55,752 nucleotides of DNA from an uncultured virus (IMG/VR IMGVR_UViG_3300028028_000007) (IMGVR_UViG_3300028028_000007:62001-117752); one strand, 5' to 3'; shown: positions 26,282 through 36,225, numbered from the stretch's first letter. Program-made: numbers and translations. Notes: generated from the letters alone by a model not told the origin.

Positions 26282-27460
26282 ATGAGCGATACCCAGCACT
26301 CCAGTGCCACGGCCATCCAGTTCGGGCTGGAGCCTGTTCTCATCCAGCAGGATGATGGCAAGCGCAAGCTCCACTGGCATCTGCACAAGGTCTACGACGG
26401 CGTGGCCAAGGACCACGAGGTCTATTTCAGCAAGAAGGACGGGCTCGCGATCCTCAAGGAGTACATCCGTCGGCACCTGCGCAAGGCAGCGATCACGGTC
26501 ATCATCCGGGACCAGACCGGATCTGGTGAGCGCACGACCTACAAGCTCAACGGTCGCATGACCGAAGAGCGACTTCCCCCGCGGGACACCCAGGTCGGCA
26601 TCGGCCCAAGGTCGTTCGTCAGCGAGCGGACCAAGGAAGCCAGCGACCTGCGCCGCAAGGCCTTGTTCGCCATGGACACCTGGCCCGAGCTGCTGAGCCG
26701 CATCCAGAGCGGGCAGATCGCGATCAACCCGCAGAAGAAGCTCCTCGGCTGGGCAGGAACGGCCAAGACCGCGAAGTGGCATGTAGCCACCGCCGCGGAC
26801 TTCACGGAAGTCCAGATCGCCATCCTGTCGAGCTGGCCCGGCGCCCGCTCTCTCGGCTCCTACCCTCCGCTCGCCGCGCTGCCGGTGGGGCTCCCCAAGC
26901 AGCGGAACCTGGAGGACATCCTGGTGCTGTTCGGCAAGGTCCAGGCACAGCCTGGCAAGCCGGTCCAGTCCAGCAAGCCCGTGAAGCCTCCTCAGGCTGC
27001 GAAGCCTCAGAAGCCGGTGAAGCCTGCCAAGCCGGTGAAGCCTGCGAAGCCTGCCAAGCCCCTCACCACTGGCATGACCTACAGGGCCTTCGTGGGCGAG
27101 TACCGCAAGGGCGGCGTGAGCATGACGGACATCAGCCGCTGGTGGACCGAGTACAAGGCCACGGGCAAGCTGCCAAGCAAGAAGGAGCAGGCACAGGCCA
27201 AGCCTCCGCAGGTCAAGCCGCAGACCCACCCCCAGGTGTGGAGCAAGCCCCAGGCCAAGCCTCAGGTCAAGCCGCAGCCGCCGCGCAAGCCGCAGCCGCC
27301 GCCTCGCCCCCAGCCCCCTCGTCAGCAGCCGAAGCCCCCCCAGCCGCGCAAGCCGCAGCCGCAGCCGGCGCAGTCAGGGGACATCGACCCGCTGGCCGCG
27401 CTTCAGGCCATTGGAGCCGGAATCGCGTCTGGCATGGCGAACGAGATCGTGGGCGGGTAG
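26282..27460 (+). CDS. Basic Lys/Pro/Gln-rich protein
   Basis: GGAGG RBS; KPVKPA and KPQ repeats; one YRAFVGE...RWW mini-domain similar to those of the preceding gene. Confidence 0.8.
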   Translation: MSDTQHSSATAIQFGLEPVLIQQDDGKRKLHWHLHKVYDGVAKDHEVYFSKKDGLAILKEYIRRHLRKAAITVIIRDQTGSGERTTYKLNGRMTEERLPPRDTQVGIGPRSFVSERTKEASDLRRKALFAMDTWPELLSRIQSGQIAINPQKKLLGWAGTAKTAKWHVATAADFTEVQIAILSSWPGARSLGSYPPLAALPVGLPKQRNLEDILVLFGKVQAQPGKPVQSSKPVKPPQAAKPQKPVKPAKPVKPAKPAKPLTTGMTYRAFVGEYRKGGVSMTDISRWWTEYKATGKLPSKKEQAQAKPPQVKPQTHPQVWSKPQAKPQVKPQPPRKPQPPPRPQPPRQQPKPPQPRKPQPQPAQSGDIDPLAALQAIGAGIASGMANEIVGG

Positions 27461-27481
27461 ACTGCCAGCAGGAGGTTACCC

Positions 27482-27721
27482 ATGGCACAGGATCTTGGCG
27501 CCGAGATGATGAACCGGGTGCTGGCTGCGCTGGAGTCGCATCCTCACCCCAAGCTCCGCGCGCTGGTGCCCGTCCTCCGGGCGAAGCGCGCTGCCTACGA
27601 GCCCGTGCTCTTGAACCAGCTCAACGCCGCCGTGGAGGCAGCCCTGGAGCGGAAAGGCCGTGATGCTGTGCTGCGCGATCTCGTGCAGCCCGCCTATCGC
27701 CAGTACAAGACCGTGGCCTGA
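27482..27721 (+). CDS. Hypothetical protein
   Basis: 79 aa, AGGAGG RBS. Confidence 0.75.
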   Translation: MAQDLGAEMMNRVLAALESHPHPKLRALVPVLRAKRAAYEPVLLNQLNAAVEAALERKGRDAVLRDLVQPAYRQYKTVA

Positions 27722-27792
27722 CCACTGAGTACATACCGCATGGGCTAGTTCCGTGGTAGATAGTGGGGGCCTGGCCCTCTGGAGGTCTACCC

Positions 27793-30700
27793 GTGGAACG
27801 TGAGCTTGAAGCCTTCCTGAGCTTCCTGGACAGCAGCCCAGAGAGCACCACCAACAGGGTCCAGTGGTCTGCTCTGGCGAGCTGGATTCGCCGCCATTCC
27901 GACAGCGTGACAGAACGGCTTGTGGCGCTGCGAGAGGTTGAGGAGGGCATCCCCGAGACGGAGGCCACCCGCCGCAAGGCCAACATCGAAGCCTTCAAGA
28001 TGCTGAAGGCGATCACGGCTGAGGGCTACAGGTCTGCCACGGAGCAGGAGCGGGCAGCACTGCTGCAGTTCACCGGGTGGGGTGGCATCCAGGTGCATAG
28101 CCTGCCGGCCGACCCCGACATCTTCCCCCAGGACTACGTTCGGGGCATCCAGCAGTACCGGGACGCCCATGCCGCCATGGAAGCTGGGAAGCCGGGTGAA
28201 GTCCCCACCAGCAACGTGTTCCAGGGGCTCCAGGACCAATACTTCACGCCCATCGCGCTGGCCAGGGTCATGTGGCGCCTGGCGCTGGGGGCGTTGACCT
28301 ACACCCCGACTCGTGCTCTGGAGCCGTCGGTGGGCATCGGGCGGTTCCTTCGGACTGAGCCAGGCCTGGGGCTGTCCTGGGACACCTGCGAGATGGACTC
28401 GACCCTGGCCACCATGTTCCGGGCGCTCTACCCTCGGGCCAGCTTGTTCATCGGGCCGTTTGAGCAGGCCGTCGTGGGCGTCGAGGCGGCCGGCGGTGCG
28501 AAGTGGGATCTCATCATCGGGAACCCCCCCTACCCGGTGCGCCCCAAGCGCGAGCGCCGGATGGACCCTGCGGGTGCTGCTTGGGGCTCGGCGGCAAGCT
28601 ACTTCACCGCCCGCTGTGCTGACCTTCTCGCCCCTGGTGGGGTGATGGTCATGCTCACCACCTACGGCGTGCTCGGGGGGAAGGATGATGACCACCTGGC
28701 TCTGCGCACACGGCTCATGGAGCAGTGCGTTTTCTCCGGTGGCTTCCTGCCCCCGGCACGGACCTTCGCGGGGGCGATGCTGGGCGTGTCCGTCCATGCC
28801 TGGTCGAAGCTGGCCCAGCCGAGACGAATCCAGGATGTGAGCAAGTTCGAGCACGAGGTTCTGGCCGGACGCTTCGCCGAGACGGAGTACGGCAAGGCCG
28901 CCACGATGGGCGTGTGGTCCGACAAGAGCACCAAGTTCAGGCAGCTGCTGGTGCAGGGGCCTATCCAGCCCGACTACCGCCCAGTGGCCATTCCCCTCAG
29001 TGTGAACCAGGCCGAAGAAGCTGGACAGGAGCGTGCTGTAGGGGAGTCCTACCGCAGCCATGTGAACCTGGGCTCGGTGACCAACGAGGCGGCGGAAACG
29101 GCAGAAGAGGCCGCCCGGCTGTCCTACGCGCTCGTCATGTCCGAGCGGGTGTCGCGCTATATGGAGGTGGTCCGTACAGCACCTGAGTCGGCCGAGGAGA
29201 TGCGACAGGGGATCGTGCTCTCCCTGCAGGAGTACCTGGCGTCCCATGAGAACCCGCATGTCATGCTGGTCAGCAAGGTCATGCGCCCCAGGATCGCCCC
29301 GCTGCTCACGGCTGTCACGCCACAGGGGGATGTGGCGGCTTCATTCCTGACCCCCGTTGGAGGGGTAGCCAGGAAGGCCAAGCCGGGATTGCTCCCGCGG
29401 GATGCTGTGCGCTGGTACAGCGAAGACCGCGGAGTCTGCACGGATCGCGACCTGTACGGCTACGGGGTGCCCCAGGCCGATCAGGCGGCGCTCATCCAGG
29501 ACGACGACGTGTGTGTGGAGCCTCGCCCGGGTAGCGGCATGTGGTACTACTGGCACACCGTCTACACCGCGGGGAGGCTCTACGACCGGATCGACCGGAT
29601 CGAGGACAGCTTGCGGAGTGAGGGCATCACCGAGGTGCTGCGTGCGAAGATGGACAAGCAGCGGGCCATGCTGCTGGCCCGGATCAAGCCGTTGACCATC
29701 TCGGAGATCGATGTCACCCCGCGTAGCGGGTTCGTCCCGAAGGAGTGCCTGGAGGAATGGCTCACCGAGAAGCTGAGTCACGTCACCGTGGGCTACTACG
29801 GGGGCCATGCAGTCTCTCGGCGAAACTCATGGGGGGCTCGGGAAAAGGAGAGAGCGGGAGCGTTCCGGGCGGTTCTGCGTGTGCAGGACTCCATGTGGTC
29901 GGCGTGGTGGGGGAATGGCGAGGCCTGGACGGATGAGGTCCCTGACCTGTCCGACACCGGGCGGCTCTGGTTGGTCAACCTCATGGGCTACCTCTCCCGG
30001 TCGGAGCTGGTGGATGACGTGGAGCGGAGGAAGGGCAAGCGGAACCGTCGTGGGGCTGGCCTGTCCCTCGCACAGCGCATCGAGGTGGACGAAGAGCTGG
30101 AGTCCACGTTCAAGGTGTGGGTGGCTGACAACGACAAGTGGAAGTCGGTGATCGAGCAAAACTACAACCGCGCCTTCCGTGGTGTCGGCACCCGCTCCTA
30201 CGACGAGAGCCCGATCTCGATCCCCCGGTGGAACCAGGCGAGGCCTCTGCAGCGGCACCAGAACAGCGCCACGCGCTGGCTCAAGGACCGCAAGACCGGG
30301 ATCATCGCGTATGACGTTGGAGCCGGTAAGACCCCCATCGCGCTGGCCACCATCGCCCTCTGGCGGCAAGAGGGGCTGTGCAAGAAGCCCATCATCCTGG
30401 TGCCCAACGCCATGTTGCCGTCCTGGTACGGGGAGGGGGTGTTGAAGTTCCTGCCCGACTACCGGGTGGAGATGATCGGGCTCACCGCCACCGCCGACGG
30501 TCCAGTCGAGGACGACGAGGCCGCCAGGAAGCGGAAGTGGCAGGCCTACATGCGGGGTGAGTATGAGGTGCTGCTGGTCCCCTACTCCTGGTTCCTGCGC
30601 GACGTGGCGACGGAGCCAGCACGGGCGATGGAGATCCTGTCGGGCATCTACTGGTTGCGTCGGCACATCGGAAAGGATGCGCTGGCACAAGAGCGTGATG

Positions 30701-33700
30701 TCCGAAAGATCGGCGAGCTGCGTGCCGCAGCGGAAAAGATCCGCAACAAGAACAGGTATTCGACCTACGGCGCGCTGGAGTCGTTGAAAGAGGAGCTTCA
30801 GAAGTATGAGGAGGGAGGGCGTCTCCCGAGCCGCTACTACACCAAGACCGTGCCCTCGTCCTACGGCTACCGCTACGGCAGCTCGACCGTCCAGGTACCG
30901 GAAGAGGAGGCCAAAGAAGCGTTCGACAAGCACATGAACCGGGTCCTTGGGCTCATTGCAGAAGTCGAGGCGAAAGCCAAGGTCAAGGAGGACGAAGCCG
31001 CCGCACTGGAGAAGAAGGTCAGCGATGCCGGTGGGCAGGCTTCAGACCGGCTCCTGGACCAGGTGCGAGAGGACATCGAGAACAAGACCGAGAACGCGCT
31101 GCGCCCCAGCGACGGGACTGGCCCGGTGCAGCCGCTGGTCTACTGGCATGACCTGGGCTGTGATCTGCTCGTGATCGATGAGCTGCAGAACTTCAAGAAC
31201 TTGTGGTTCCCTGAGAGCAGGTACGGGAATCACATCGAGTTCATGGGCAACCCCCCGGACAAGGACACCATCCGGGCCTGGGACCTCTACGTCAAGTGCC
31301 ACGCCCTGCTCAAGGCCAACGGGGAGACTGGCGTGGTCGGGCTCACCGGGACGCCGATCAAGAACAGCCCGCTGGAGGCGTACAACCTTCTGTCCTACGT
31401 GTCCAGGACCGTCTGGAGTGACCTGAGCATCCAGTCGCCGGAAGAGTTCGTGGACCGCTACTGCGGGATCGAGCATGACCCCGACTTCATCGGCGCCGAT
31501 GGGGAGCCCAAAGAGGACGGCGCGCTGGTCATGGTGGACTTCAAGCCGGCCAACAAGGAGGAGCTGGCCTCTGTGCTGCGCGCCTGGGTGGACTGGCGCG
31601 TGATCGATGACATCCCCGAGCTGGCTGCCATCCGGCCCAAGGCCAGCGGTGTCAACGTCAACGTCTCCGCGGATTCGGCCATGAGCAAGCTGCGGAACGA
31701 CATCATCGCGCTCCTGGAAGCGATCCGTGCGGAGAACGAGGACAAGGCTGATGACGGAGATGAAGAAGCAGCGAAGATGATGAAGTCGCTGCCCCTGTGG
31801 CGCCTCGACATGCTCAGCAAGATCGCGGTGGACCCTCGGCTGTTTCTGCTGGAAGCGAAGCGGCTGACCCGGATCGCAGAGGGCAAGAAGCGGGTCAAGA
31901 AGGAAGCGGCAGAGGCCGAGGCGGACAGCGACACTGGAGCCGGTGACTTCGGGGAGAGCACCGGAGGGGATGATGATGCTGATGCCGTGAGCAAGAAGAA
32001 CAAGAAGAAGGCCGAGGCTGACCGGGAGAAGGCTGAACGGAAACTTGGGATTCTGAACCGCCTGGATCTCTCTGGCGTGGAGGATGCCTACGGCGTGGGC
32101 AAGGGTCACCCGCCCAAGTACATCGCGCTGGCTGAGTACATCGCAGCTCACCCAGGCTGTGGCCACCTGATCTTCCTGGACTACTCCGAGGCCATGCCAC
32201 TGCTGCGTGATGCTCTGGTTGACCTCGGTGCTGTCACCCGGAAGGACCAGATCGCCTACGTCACCGGGAGTGATGGTGCAGAGGAAAGGCAGCGGGTCGC
32301 TGACCTGTTCAACGGGAAGGACCGCATCGTGGACCCCAACACGGGGTACGTCGTCCAGCCAGCGGTGGAGAGCAAGTACCGGGTCCTGATCGGTGGTGAT
32401 GCTGTATCGGAGGGCATGAACCTCCAGCGGAGGACGTGCGCGATCCACCACCTGACGATGCGCTGGAACCCGGCGACGACAGCCCAGCGCAACGGGCGGG
32501 CCTGGCGGCAGGGTAACGAGCTGGGCGAGGTGGCGATCCGCTACTACGTGACCCCGCGGACCATGGACGGGCTGAAGCTCCAGATCACCTCGGCCAAGGG
32601 CGACTGGCAGAAGAGCCTCTTCGATTCGTCCTCACAGGAGGTGGCCAACCCGGCACGCGCGGTCAAGATGCTGCGTGAAGAGCTGGTGGCGGACTACCTG
32701 GTGGCGGAAGGCCATGAGGACGCCTACCGGGAGAAGCTGGTCATGCTGCGGGAGAAGCGGGCAGAGCGGGAACGCGCCCGCATGTCCGAGATGGCCCTGC
32801 GCAGCATGATGGCCGCTCTGGACTCCTACGAGGCTGCTCGCTACTACGCCAAGAGCAACCCCGACGTGGCGACCTCACGGGTACGGGATGGAGACGCCAA
32901 GGTGGCGTTCCTGAAGAAGGTGGTCCCCTTGTCCATCTTCGACGGGTACGCTGCGCTGGCGCTGTCTCGCCAGGGCAAGCGCGTGTTCGTGGCTGTCCCG
33001 GGTGTGGCCGGCTGGCGCTGGGGCGCCAACGTGTCGACCTCGTCCAAGATCGGGTCGTTCTACTTGGTGGTTGGTGAGAGAGTCAAGGTGGTCAACCCCC
33101 CCGGTGTGGCTGCTGTGGGCCTTGAGAAAGCCCAGGAGGGTGCGGCTGAGGCTGAGGTGGATGTCACCGTACTGCGCATGTCGTACAGCACCCTCGTCGT
33201 GCGGCGCATGGGGAGCCCGTTCATGGAGGAGTGGACCCCCAGCTCGTTCGGCCCCCTGGCCCGGAGAGAGGAGAGCACAAGCTGGAGTGACAGCGTGGAC
33301 GAGCGCCGGATTGCCGACTGGTTCGACACCCAGAAGGTGCCCATGCACAAGGTGAACGACATCGATCCTGCCGTTCTCGAACGGTATGGCAAAGGCAGGT
33401 TCTGGCAGTCGATGGTACGCCAGGCCAGCTATGGCGAGCTGAACCTGTCTCCATTCACGGGGTACGATGACCTCCGCAAGTTCGAGGCAAGTCCCCCGCT
33501 CGTGCTGCTGGGGCAGGAGAAGAGCCCCGTGGTCATACTGACCCAGCAGGGCCATGTTGATACCCCCAAGAAGAAGTGGCTGGCTGACCGCATCCCGCTC
33601 TTCCCAGACGAGGCCGGCTGGGCTCGGTTCCTGGCCGCCATCAAGAACGACACGGTGCTCATCATGCGCGACATTGACCATGGTGTAGGTGTGAAGAAGG

Positions 33701-33792
33701 AGACCATGGCGCTGATGGGGAAGGTCGCCAACTTCTGGTTCGGCAGGCAGATTCCGATGAGCTTGATAGAGGCTGTAGAGCGGCGGGGTTGA
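27793..33792 (+). CDS. DarB-like N6-adenine DNA methyltransferase / SNF2 helicase fusion
   Basis: FTGWGG, QYFTP, motif I LEPSVGIGRF, motif IV IIGNPPY; helicase motifs YDVGAGKT, VIDELQNFKN, LTGTPIKNS, EGMNLQ, QRNGRAWRQGN. GTG 27793 follows GGAGG. Confidence 0.9.
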   Translation: MERELEAFLSFLDSSPESTTNRVQWSALASWIRRHSDSVTERLVALREVEEGIPETEATRRKANIEAFKMLKAITAEGYRSATEQERAALLQFTGWGGIQVHSLPADPDIFPQDYVRGIQQYRDAHAAMEAGKPGEVPTSNVFQGLQDQYFTPIALARVMWRLALGALTYTPTRALEPSVGIGRFLRTEPGLGLSWDTCEMDSTLATMFRALYPRASLFIGPFEQAVVGVEAAGGAKWDLIIGNPPYPVRPKRERRMDPAGAAWGSAASYFTARCADLLAPGGVMVMLTTYGVLGGKDDDHLALRTRLMEQCVFSGGFLPPARTFAGAMLGVSVHAWSKLAQPRRIQDVSKFEHEVLAGRFAETEYGKAATMGVWSDKSTKFRQLLVQGPIQPDYRPVAIPLSVNQAEEAGQERAVGESYRSHVNLGSVTNEAAETAEEAARLSYALVMSERVSRYMEVVRTAPESAEEMRQGIVLSLQEYLASHENPHVMLVSKVMRPRIAPLLTAVTPQGDVAASFLTPVGGVARKAKPGLLPRDAVRWYSEDRGVCTDRDLYGYGVPQADQAALIQDDDVCVEPRPGSGMWYYWHTVYTAGRLYDRIDRIEDSLRSEGITEVLRAKMDKQRAMLLARIKPLTISEIDVTPRSGFVPKECLEEWLTEKLSHVTVGYYGGHAVSRRNSWGAREKERAGAFRAVLRVQDSMWSAWWGNGEAWTDEVPDLSDTGRLWLVNLMGYLSRSELVDDVERRKGKRNRRGAGLSLAQRIEVDEELESTFKVWVADNDKWKSVIEQNYNRAFRGVGTRSYDESPISIPRWNQARPLQRHQNSATRWLKDRKTGIIAYDVGAGKTPIALATIALWRQEGLCKKPIILVPNAMLPSWYGEGVLKFLPDYRVEMIGLTATADGPVEDDEAARKRKWQAYMRGEYEVLLVPYSWFLRDVATEPARAMEILSGIYWLRRHIGKDALAQERDVRKIGELRAAAEKIRNKNRYSTYGALESLKEELQKYEEGGRLPSRYYTKTVPSSYGYRYGSSTVQVPEEEAKEAFDKHMNRVLGLIAEVEAKAKVKEDEAAALEKKVSDAGGQASDRLLDQVREDIENKTENALRPSDGTGPVQPLVYWHDLGCDLLVIDELQNFKNLWFPESRYGNHIEFMGNPPDKDTIRAWDLYVKCHALLKANGETGVVGLTGTPIKNSPLEAYNLLSYVSRTVWSDLSIQSPEEFVDRYCGIEHDPDFIGADGEPKEDGALVMVDFKPANKEELASVLRAWVDWRVIDDIPELAAIRPKASGVNVNVSADSAMSKLRNDIIALLEAIRAENEDKADDGDEEAAKMMKSLPLWRLDMLSKIAVDPRLFLLEAKRLTRIAEGKKRVKKEAAEAEADSDTGAGDFGESTGGDDDADAVSKKNKKKAEADREKAERKLGILNRLDLSGVEDAYGVGKGHPPKYIALAEYIAAHPGCGHLIFLDYSEAMPLLRDALVDLGAVTRKDQIAYVTGSDGAEERQRVADLFNGKDRIVDPNTGYVVQPAVESKYRVLIGGDAVSEGMNLQRRTCAIHHLTMRWNPATTAQRNGRAWRQGNELGEVAIRYYVTPRTMDGLKLQITSAKGDWQKSLFDSSSQEVANPARAVKMLREELVADYLVAEGHEDAYREKLVMLREKRAERERARMSEMALRSMMAALDSYEAARYYAKSNPDVATSRVRDGDAKVAFLKKVVPLSIFDGYAALALSRQGKRVFVAVPGVAGWRWGANVSTSSKIGSFYLVVGERVKVVNPPGVAAVGLEKAQEGAAEAEVDVTVLRMSYSTLVVRRMGSPFMEEWTPSSFGPLARREESTSWSDSVDERRIADWFDTQKVPMHKVNDIDPAVLERYGKGRFWQSMVRQASYGELNLSPFTGYDDLRKFEASPPLVLLGQEKSPVVILTQQGHVDTPKKKWLADRIPLFPDEAGWARFLAAIKNDTVLIMRDIDHGVGVKKETMALMGKVANFWFGRQIPMSLIEAVERRG

Positions 33793-33817
33793 CAGCACTG
33801 TGCCTGTGGTGTAAGAC
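33789..33817 (+). promoter_or_regulatory. Putative promoter TTGACA-N17-TAAGAC
   Basis: Perfect -35 overlapping the DarB-like stop codon; ACTGTGCC in the spacer. Confidence 0.45.
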
Positions 33818-33848
33818 CATAAGGTCTACACAGGAAGGCTCTACGGTG

Positions 33849-34109
33849 TCACCAGGCAGTATCGCTCAGCACCTTGTCCGCACGTCGGTCAGCCTCGTCG
33901 CATTGAGGCAGAACGGACTCGCGCAGTGCTTGCAGGTCATCCGGGTGCATGAAGTGCTCGCTAAGAGTGAGGAGCCTCCGGGCGGTGATGCTCCCCTGTT
34001 TGGCCAAGCTCGCCAGCGCGATGGCGGCACGCTGGTCCTGCCGTCTGACTGGGGGCGAGTCACCGCCAGTCTGCTGCCTGGTTCCGCTGATAGTCCTGCG
34101 GATAATCAT
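33849..34109 (-). CDS. Hypothetical protein
   Basis: 86 aa, ATGA-coupled to the 34471 gene, GGAG upstream. Confidence 0.55.
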   Translation of the reverse strand: MIIRRTISGTRQQTGGDSPPVRRQDQRAAIALASLAKQGSITARRLLTLSEHFMHPDDLQALRESVLPQCDEADRRADKVLSDTAW

Positions 34110-34471
34110 GTTGCTCCCCAGAAGTGTTGGAGAAAGCCGACGAGCCCTGTCCCACCGATGAGCCCGAGGAGGAGCCAGATCAGAGCGCGGAGCACCGCGA
34201 CTCCAGAACCGGGCTGGAACAGGTATGCCATGACCTGGGTGATGGCCCCGGGCTTGTTGGTGTCCCGCACGGCGATTTCAAGCCGCTCGATGGCATGCGC
34301 TGCTGCGACTTGCGCCTCTGCCGCCCGAGCAGCGGCTTCGGCCCCGTTGGAGGCCAGCTGCACCATGATCGGGAAGCTCCGCACCAGCAGGTCAGTAGCT
34401 GGGCACTTGGCTACGTCGCCCGCGCATGTAGCAGCGGGAGGGGGGGAAGCAGCATCGTTCTGTGCAGACAT
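34106..34471 (-). CDS. Small protein with C-terminal TM helix
   Basis: Ala-rich coil followed by VAVLRALIWLLLGLIGGTGLVGFL. Confidence 0.65.
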   Translation of the reverse strand: MSAQNDAASPPPAATCAGDVAKCPATDLLVRSFPIMVQLASNGAEAAARAAEAQVAAAHAIERLEIAVRDTNKPGAITQVMAYLFQPGSGVAVLRALIWLLLGLIGGTGLVGFLQHFWGAT

Positions 34472-34552
34472 AGGAGTCTGGGGGCTGCGGCGTCAGTGCC
34501 TCTTCTTTCCCGTGTACCACGTCCTTGCCTCCTGCCGCAACCGGAAGCCTTG

Positions 34553-35614
34553 ATGCCTGAACGCTGCCCCGGGTCCGAGATTGTCTCACCAGTCAAGCTG
34601 CCTGGACGATGGGTATGCCCATTGTGCCGAGCAACTTGGCTGGGAGAGGATGCGCCTGCGCGCCTCCCAGACCATGATGTCGGGGTCGCTGGGCGAGCCG
34701 AGACGGGGCCCGTGGAGCCGAAGGGAAAGAGCAAGTACGTCGGCAACATCCAGTGGGTCGATGGGCGCATCTTGATCAACAGCGGAGCTTCTCGTCGTGG
34801 GGCCCATCGCCTGGACAAGTTTCGCTTCTGCCCTCAGCTCTTCTCCTATGAGGACGTGCTGGGGATCACCATCCCCGAGGACAAGACCGCCTTGGTCAAC
34901 GGCAGTGGCACTCACATAGGTGCCGCGCACCACTACGTCCGACGTGGAGCTGCACAGCCGGGCGGGGTGGTCTACATGGGGCAGACCTTCACCGACCCAG
35001 ACGCTTTCCATGAGCCGATCCCGGCAATGCGGCTGGCAGCTGGTCTGACCACGGGAGTAGAACGGACCCTGTGGGAGAAGCTGGGCCCCAACATGGTGGC
35101 CATGCTGGAGCACTATGTCATCTGGTGCCATGGCCAGGATCTCGGCTACCGGGTTGTCGCGGTTGAGCAGGAGGTTGAGGTCATGGTGGAGGGGAACCTC
35201 TACACCCAGCGCATCGACCTGGCCTTGGAGGACCGCAGGGGTCAGGTGTGCATCTTCGACCACAAGACGAGTGGCCGACCCGACAAGGCCGAGACCTACT
35301 ACGAAGACGACTGGCAGATCGCCGGGCTGTACCGATTCGGCCGGGGGATCTACAAGGACAAGTTCGACTCAGTGCGGCTCAACATCATCGGGTCGGTGGC
35401 GCCCTTCGTGTGCCGTCGGGTGACGGCAGCGTTCCGGCCCGTTTTCGCCCGGCGGCTGGAACGCCGGGTGCTGGACGTGGAGACGGAGATCAAGCGGCTG
35501 CTGGACTCTGGCCGCGATCCGTGGGACTGGCCCATCCGTGAAATCTGCCGAAACCGCTTTGGCCACCGCTGCAAGGCCTGGCGGCTGTGCCATGAAGCAG
35601 GGAGGAGACCATGA
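34553..35614 (+). CDS. Cas4/RecB-like PD-(D/E)XK nuclease
   Basis: FCP near the N-terminus, RIDL, IFDHKT, Q..LY, C-terminal C..C..C cluster (ICRNRFGHRCKAWRLC); additional N-terminal CPLC. Confidence 0.85.
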   Translation: MPERCPGSEIVSPVKLPGRWVCPLCRATWLGEDAPARLPDHDVGVAGRAETGPVEPKGKSKYVGNIQWVDGRILINSGASRRGAHRLDKFRFCPQLFSYEDVLGITIPEDKTALVNGSGTHIGAAHHYVRRGAAQPGGVVYMGQTFTDPDAFHEPIPAMRLAAGLTTGVERTLWEKLGPNMVAMLEHYVIWCHGQDLGYRVVAVEQEVEVMVEGNLYTQRIDLALEDRRGQVCIFDHKTSGRPDKAETYYEDDWQIAGLYRFGRGIYKDKFDSVRLNIIGSVAPFVCRRVTAAFRPVFARRLERRVLDVETEIKRLLDSGRDPWDWPIREICRNRFGHRCKAWRLCHEAGRRP

Positions 35615-36225
35615 GCGCATCCATGTTGCTGTACCCGAGGGAGCGAGAGTCAGTGCCCGCGGACCCGGAGGCCATGGTGGTGCAGAGCTATGCGCTGCTC
35701 GCCGAGCGGCTGCTGCTGGACTTGCACAGCAGTCCTGCTGCCACGATGCGCGCCGTCGAGCGCGTCTCGAAGCTGCACCTTCAGCTTCGTGTCGCCGTTG
35801 CAGGTGTTGAGGAGCAAGATGACGGTGAGGATGATGATGTTGAGGGCTATGGCTTCGCCCGGAAGCGCAACCCCCGTACCGTCAATCAGCAGGGCTTCAG
35901 AGCGAATCCCGTTGGAGACTTGACCACGCAGCTCCTGGAGCATGGCATGGCGGCGTACCGTGAGCACCAGGCGCAGCAGGCGAGCAGGGATGCAGCGTTT
36001 CAGGCAAGCCGTGAGCGCACAGAGCGCATCGAGGCCTGGCGCGTAGCCGTCGAGGCCGCCACTGCTGCGCGTATCCAGGGCAACGCCCAGGCCGCCGAGC
36101 GGTATGACGCACAGGCCACGAGACTCGCTGATGCACTGGGCTTGACCCCGGGTGATGCTGAACCTGCGCCCGATCCCGAGCTGGACCAGATTCTTCCCCT
36201 AGCATCAGAGGTAGAACATGGCTGA
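35611..36225 (+). CDS. Hypothetical protein
   Basis: 204 aa, ATGA-coupled, helical. Confidence 0.75.
   Translation: MSASMLLYPRERESVPADPEAMVVQSYALLAERLLLDLHSSPAATMRAVERVSKLHLQLRVAVAGVEEQDDGEDDDVEGYGFARKRNPRTVNQQGFRANPVGDLTTQLLEHGMAAYREHQAQQASRDAAFQASRERTERIEAWRVAVEAATAARIQGNAQAAERYDAQATRLADALGLTPGDAEPAPDPELDQILPLASEVEHG

Noticed and set aside
33789..34553. 254-aa plus-strand ORF and the 143-codon upstream extension of the nuclease ORF
   Set aside because: Low-quality translations overlapping two better minus-strand genes; the nuclease more plausibly starts at ATG 34553.
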